NCBI GenBank assembly: GCA_934102215.1
Contig: CAKOSH010000002.1
Coordinates: 87,380-151,379 of the forward strand
Direction of reading: 5' to 3'
DNA length: 64,000 nt
Origin: an uncultured Bacilli bacterium
GTDB lineage: Bacteria; Bacillota_I; Bacilli_A; RF39; UBA660
Of this stretch, positions 61,665-64,000 are shown one piece after another; position 1 is the first letter of the stretch; each line of letters opens with the position of its first letter. The position numbers and the translations under genes are program-made. The notes under the pieces were generated by a model that made no database searches, was not told the origin of the DNA, and saw nothing but the letters and a program-made list of their open reading frames with translations.

Positions 61665-62070
61665 AAATTAGTTAAAATTCAATTTTAGAAATCAATAATT
61701 GAATTTTTCTATATAGTTTTAGTAATTATTGACATTAAATTTTTATCGAAATTAAATTTTGAAATAATACTTGATGTGATAATTAAATTTTACCAATTTG
61801 TATCATTATTTCATATGTGTTAATCTACCACTGAAGTGCCTGAGGCTAGGCGTCACCTTCATTATTTTAAAAATAGGGAGGTGGTATTATATGAGTAAAA
61901 AAGATTTATTAATAAGTTTATTACTTATTATTTATATATTACTTGCTATAATAATTTTATTAATTATTTATAACTAATAAAATCGCCTAACTCACTTTGT
62001 AGTTAGGCAAAACACACATTGTGACGCCTAGCCACAGGGGGTCAGGTGCTTCACTAACAATAGTTTATCA
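61665..62070 (+). other. Conserved structured element, copy 2 (paralog of 19425-19860, inverted): upstream repeats, 5' stem, SD, 28-aa peptide ORF, 3' hairpin and 3' stem
   Basis: 5' stem GGCTAGGCGTCAC (61844-61856) is perfectly complementary to GTGACGCCTAGCC (62021-62033). Hairpin GCCTAACT-N8-AGTTAGGC at 61985-62008. AAAATTCAATTTT repeats at 61674, 61698 (reverse complement), 61750 and 61782. Confidence 0.5.
61891..61977 (+). CDS. Small hydrophobic membrane peptide (28 aa), putative type I toxin-like
   Basis: MSKKDLLISLLLIIYILLAIIILLIIYN behind a GGGAGGTGG SD. Paralog of the peptide at 19517-19606. Confidence 0.5.
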   Translation: MSKKDLLISLLLIIYILLAIIILLIIYN

Positions 62071-62303
62071 TAATTTAATATATATTGTAAATGATTAATA
62101 ATAATTTTTATTTGCTATAACTTATTTAAATGGTAAAATGCAATTTACGTAAAATTGCGATAATATCAAGAGAAAATGCAAGATTTCCTCTTGATTTTTA
62201 ATAAAAAATATGTAAAATATATGCTGAAAGAAGGAAATTATTGCATACTAAAACGATTTTTGATTATTTTTCAAAAATTAAATGCAAAAAATAAATTGTA
62301 ATA

Positions 62304-63547
62304 ATCAATTGTTTTCTTTCATTAATGTTAATCTTATTTTTTTAAGATTTTGTAACTAAGATTAACATCTTCCTTAGGAATATCCCTAAGGCTTAATGCT
62401 TTATAGACATCTTCACCATATTTATTTTTAAATAGTGAAGATGGAGTTTGATAATTCAAACTCTTTCTTTGAACGTTATTGATATTATTCATGATATCAT
62501 CAACGTTCTTTTTTGTTAGTGTATCAAAAGATATGCCTTTTTGAAGTACATATCTTATAAACTCATGATTTCTTTCTATAGAACCTTTTTGCCAAGATGA
62601 GTAAGATTCAGTGTAAAATAAATTTACCAATTTTTCACCAGTTTCTGAATCTATCTCTATTTCTACTGGCAAAGAAAATTCCCAACCATTATCTGTTAAA
62701 ATAACTTCAAACATTGATTTAAATGTATCATTATCTAATTTCTTTTTTAAATAATTAAATACCTTTGTAACTTCAGATGGTTTATATTTATTTATAAGAA
62801 ACATAAGCATCAGTTTTTCACTTTTAAAGAATAGTGTCATAATGCATTTAACATCTTCAAATTTACCAATTACTGTATCCATTTCAACAATGTTTGCATT
62901 AGGGTGTTTATTGATATATTCCAGGTAATCACTGTATCTACGACCTGCTTTTATAGAATTGTTGTTTGAAATAGTTTTAACAGTTTCTTTTCTTTCTCTT
63001 TTCTTATAAGCAAATGATCTAGATAACATCTCATCATTTATACTTGGGAAATAGCCTTTATGAACATATTTATAAAATGTTTGAATGCTTTTAGGAAACT
63101 CTTCTTCTATTTCATGAAAGATATGCATTATTGGTTGATTTTTATCTTTAATTCTATCTTTAAAGAAATCATTCCAGTATTCAACTTCATCTATTGTCAT
63201 ATCTATTCCAATTCTTGAATATTTTAATTTGTTTTCGTAATCCTTCTGAGCTTCTCTAAAGTTATAATAATACTTTCTTTTGTGACAATATGTTTTCTCA
63301 GAACATCCTTGGCATACAAATGGAAATCTATTAGTTTTCTCACAAGCAAGAGTAAGTTTATTTGATTTTCTTCTTTCTTTTATTTCTCTTGATATAGTTG
63401 AAGATTGAACTTCAATAACTCTAGCTATATCTTTTAGTTTATAATTTTCTTTTAATAAGTTTTCAATTAACATTCTGTCCTCAATTGTAAGTCTTTCTTT
63501 TTTCATTTTTTAAAACCTCCTTCATATAAAGAAAACAATTGATTGAG
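62304..63547 (-). mobile_element. IS30-family insertion sequence
   Basis: A roughly 1.24 kb unit bounded by imperfect terminal inverted repeats. AATCAATTGTTTTCTTT at about 62306-62322 matches the reverse complement of 63528-63546. It carries a single transposase ORF. Confidence 0.7.
62334..63506 (-). CDS. IS30-family DDE transposase
   Basis: N-terminal HTH LTIEDRMLIENLLKENYKLKDIARVIEVQSSTISREIKERR matches the IS30 pattern (...STISRE.kR.). DDE residues lie in EMDTV, ILTDNGWEF and SIERNH. Confidence 0.8.
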   Translation of the reverse strand: MKKERLTIEDRMLIENLLKENYKLKDIARVIEVQSSTISREIKERRKSNKLTLACEKTNRFPFVCQGCSEKTYCHKRKYYYNFREAQKDYENKLKYSRIGIDMTIDEVEYWNDFFKDRIKDKNQPIMHIFHEIEEEFPKSIQTFYKYVHKGYFPSINDEMLSRSFAYKKRERKETVKTISNNNSIKAGRRYSDYLEYINKHPNANIVEMDTVIGKFEDVKCIMTLFFKSEKLMLMFLINKYKPSEVTKVFNYLKKKLDNDTFKSMFEVILTDNGWEFSLPVEIEIDSETGEKLVNLFYTESYSSWQKGSIERNHEFIRYVLQKGISFDTLTKKNVDDIMNNINNVQRKSLNYQTPSSLFKNKYGEDVYKALSLRDIPKEDVNLSYKILKK

Positions 63548-63698
63548 TAATATTAAACACTATTAAATGATTAAATGCAACTACGATATTTTTGAAACAT
63601 AAAAGTTGCATTATGCTATTTAAGTAATATTTTATTTGCTATAAATTGACTTTTTTAAAATATTTTAGTATTATATACTCAAAATTGGTGGGGTAAGT

Positions 63699-64000
63699 AT
63701 GAAAAAAGAAACTAAAAGGTATTATTTGGTTGAATATTTAGGAAGTAAAACAAAAAGATTATCAAGTGTTTATGAATATGAGAAAATGCTTAGAGATATT
63801 AGCTTATATAATAAAAGAAAATATTCAAAGTATTTATGTGGTAATGTAAGTTATATTGTTAATTATGATGAAAGTGTTACTGCGACTATTCATATTTATA
63901 ATAAACTTGTAGGACCTCTTACAATAAGTGAAATAGATAGTTATACAAGTGCTTTTACTGAAGAAGAATTAATGAGTAAATTTGAATGTGAATTTCTTAC
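63699..64000 (+). CDS. Hypothetical protein, truncated by the window end
   Basis: ORF beginning MKKETKRYYLVEYLGSK after GGTGGGG. It runs off the end of the window. Confidence 0.3.
   Translation, partial: MKKETKRYYLVEYLGSKTKRLSSVYEYEKMLRDISLYNKRKYSKYLCGNVSYIVNYDESVTATIHIYNKLVGPLTISEIDSYTSAFTEEELMSKFECEFL

Overview
Low-GC (about 28%) Firmicutes chromosome read with the standard genetic code. Most genes lie on the + strand and are housekeeping genes in Bacillus/Clostridia-like synteny: rpoZ, RNase J, cysteine desulfurase-thiI, ackA, nrnA, engB, ecfA1-ecfA2-ecfT-truA, the sporulation-linked block yqfC-yqfD-(VanZ-like)-ybeY-dgkA-cdd-era-yqzL-recO, hrcA-grpE-dnaK-pepF-dnaJ behind tandem CIRCE operators, dnaG-sigA-trmK, folD, ttcA, rpsD, murB and rpmB. 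Several accessory features are embedded in this backbone and are taken up under findings. (1) A roughly 15 kb glycan-biosynthesis cluster (24.9-40.6 kb) behind a consensus sigmaA promoter. Besides an initiating sugar transferase, a ManC-like enzyme, GT1/GT2 glycosyltransferases and ManA, it encodes a fused adenylation-carrier protein, a dedicated Sfp-type PPTase, a radical SAM/SPASM enzyme, an SDR and a FemAB/GNAT-like protein. (2) A 1417-aa subtilisin (S8) with LRR repeats and a C-terminal double dockerin (13955-18205), followed by a membrane-anchored protein with a Thr-rich linker and cadherin-like repeats (18216-19364). (3) Two inverted copies (19.4-19.9 kb on the - strand, 61.6-62.1 kb on the + strand) of a conserved element. 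Each encodes a 28-29 aa hydrophobic peptide behind a Shine-Dalgarno sequence, bracketed by a long-range 5'/3' stem that shows compensatory substitutions, with phased AAAATTCAATTTT-type repeats upstream. This reads as a type I toxin-antitoxin-like locus. (4) Paralogous secreted proteins with a TasA/camelysin-like (SipW-type) signal and a GC-rich C-terminal module: an intact copy at 52013-53245 and a pseudogene (12522-13758) disrupted by a TAC>TAG nonsense change and a (TA)n slippage frameshift. (5) A sortase-C pilus operon (56.1-59.0 kb) and an IS30-family element (62.3-63.5 kb).
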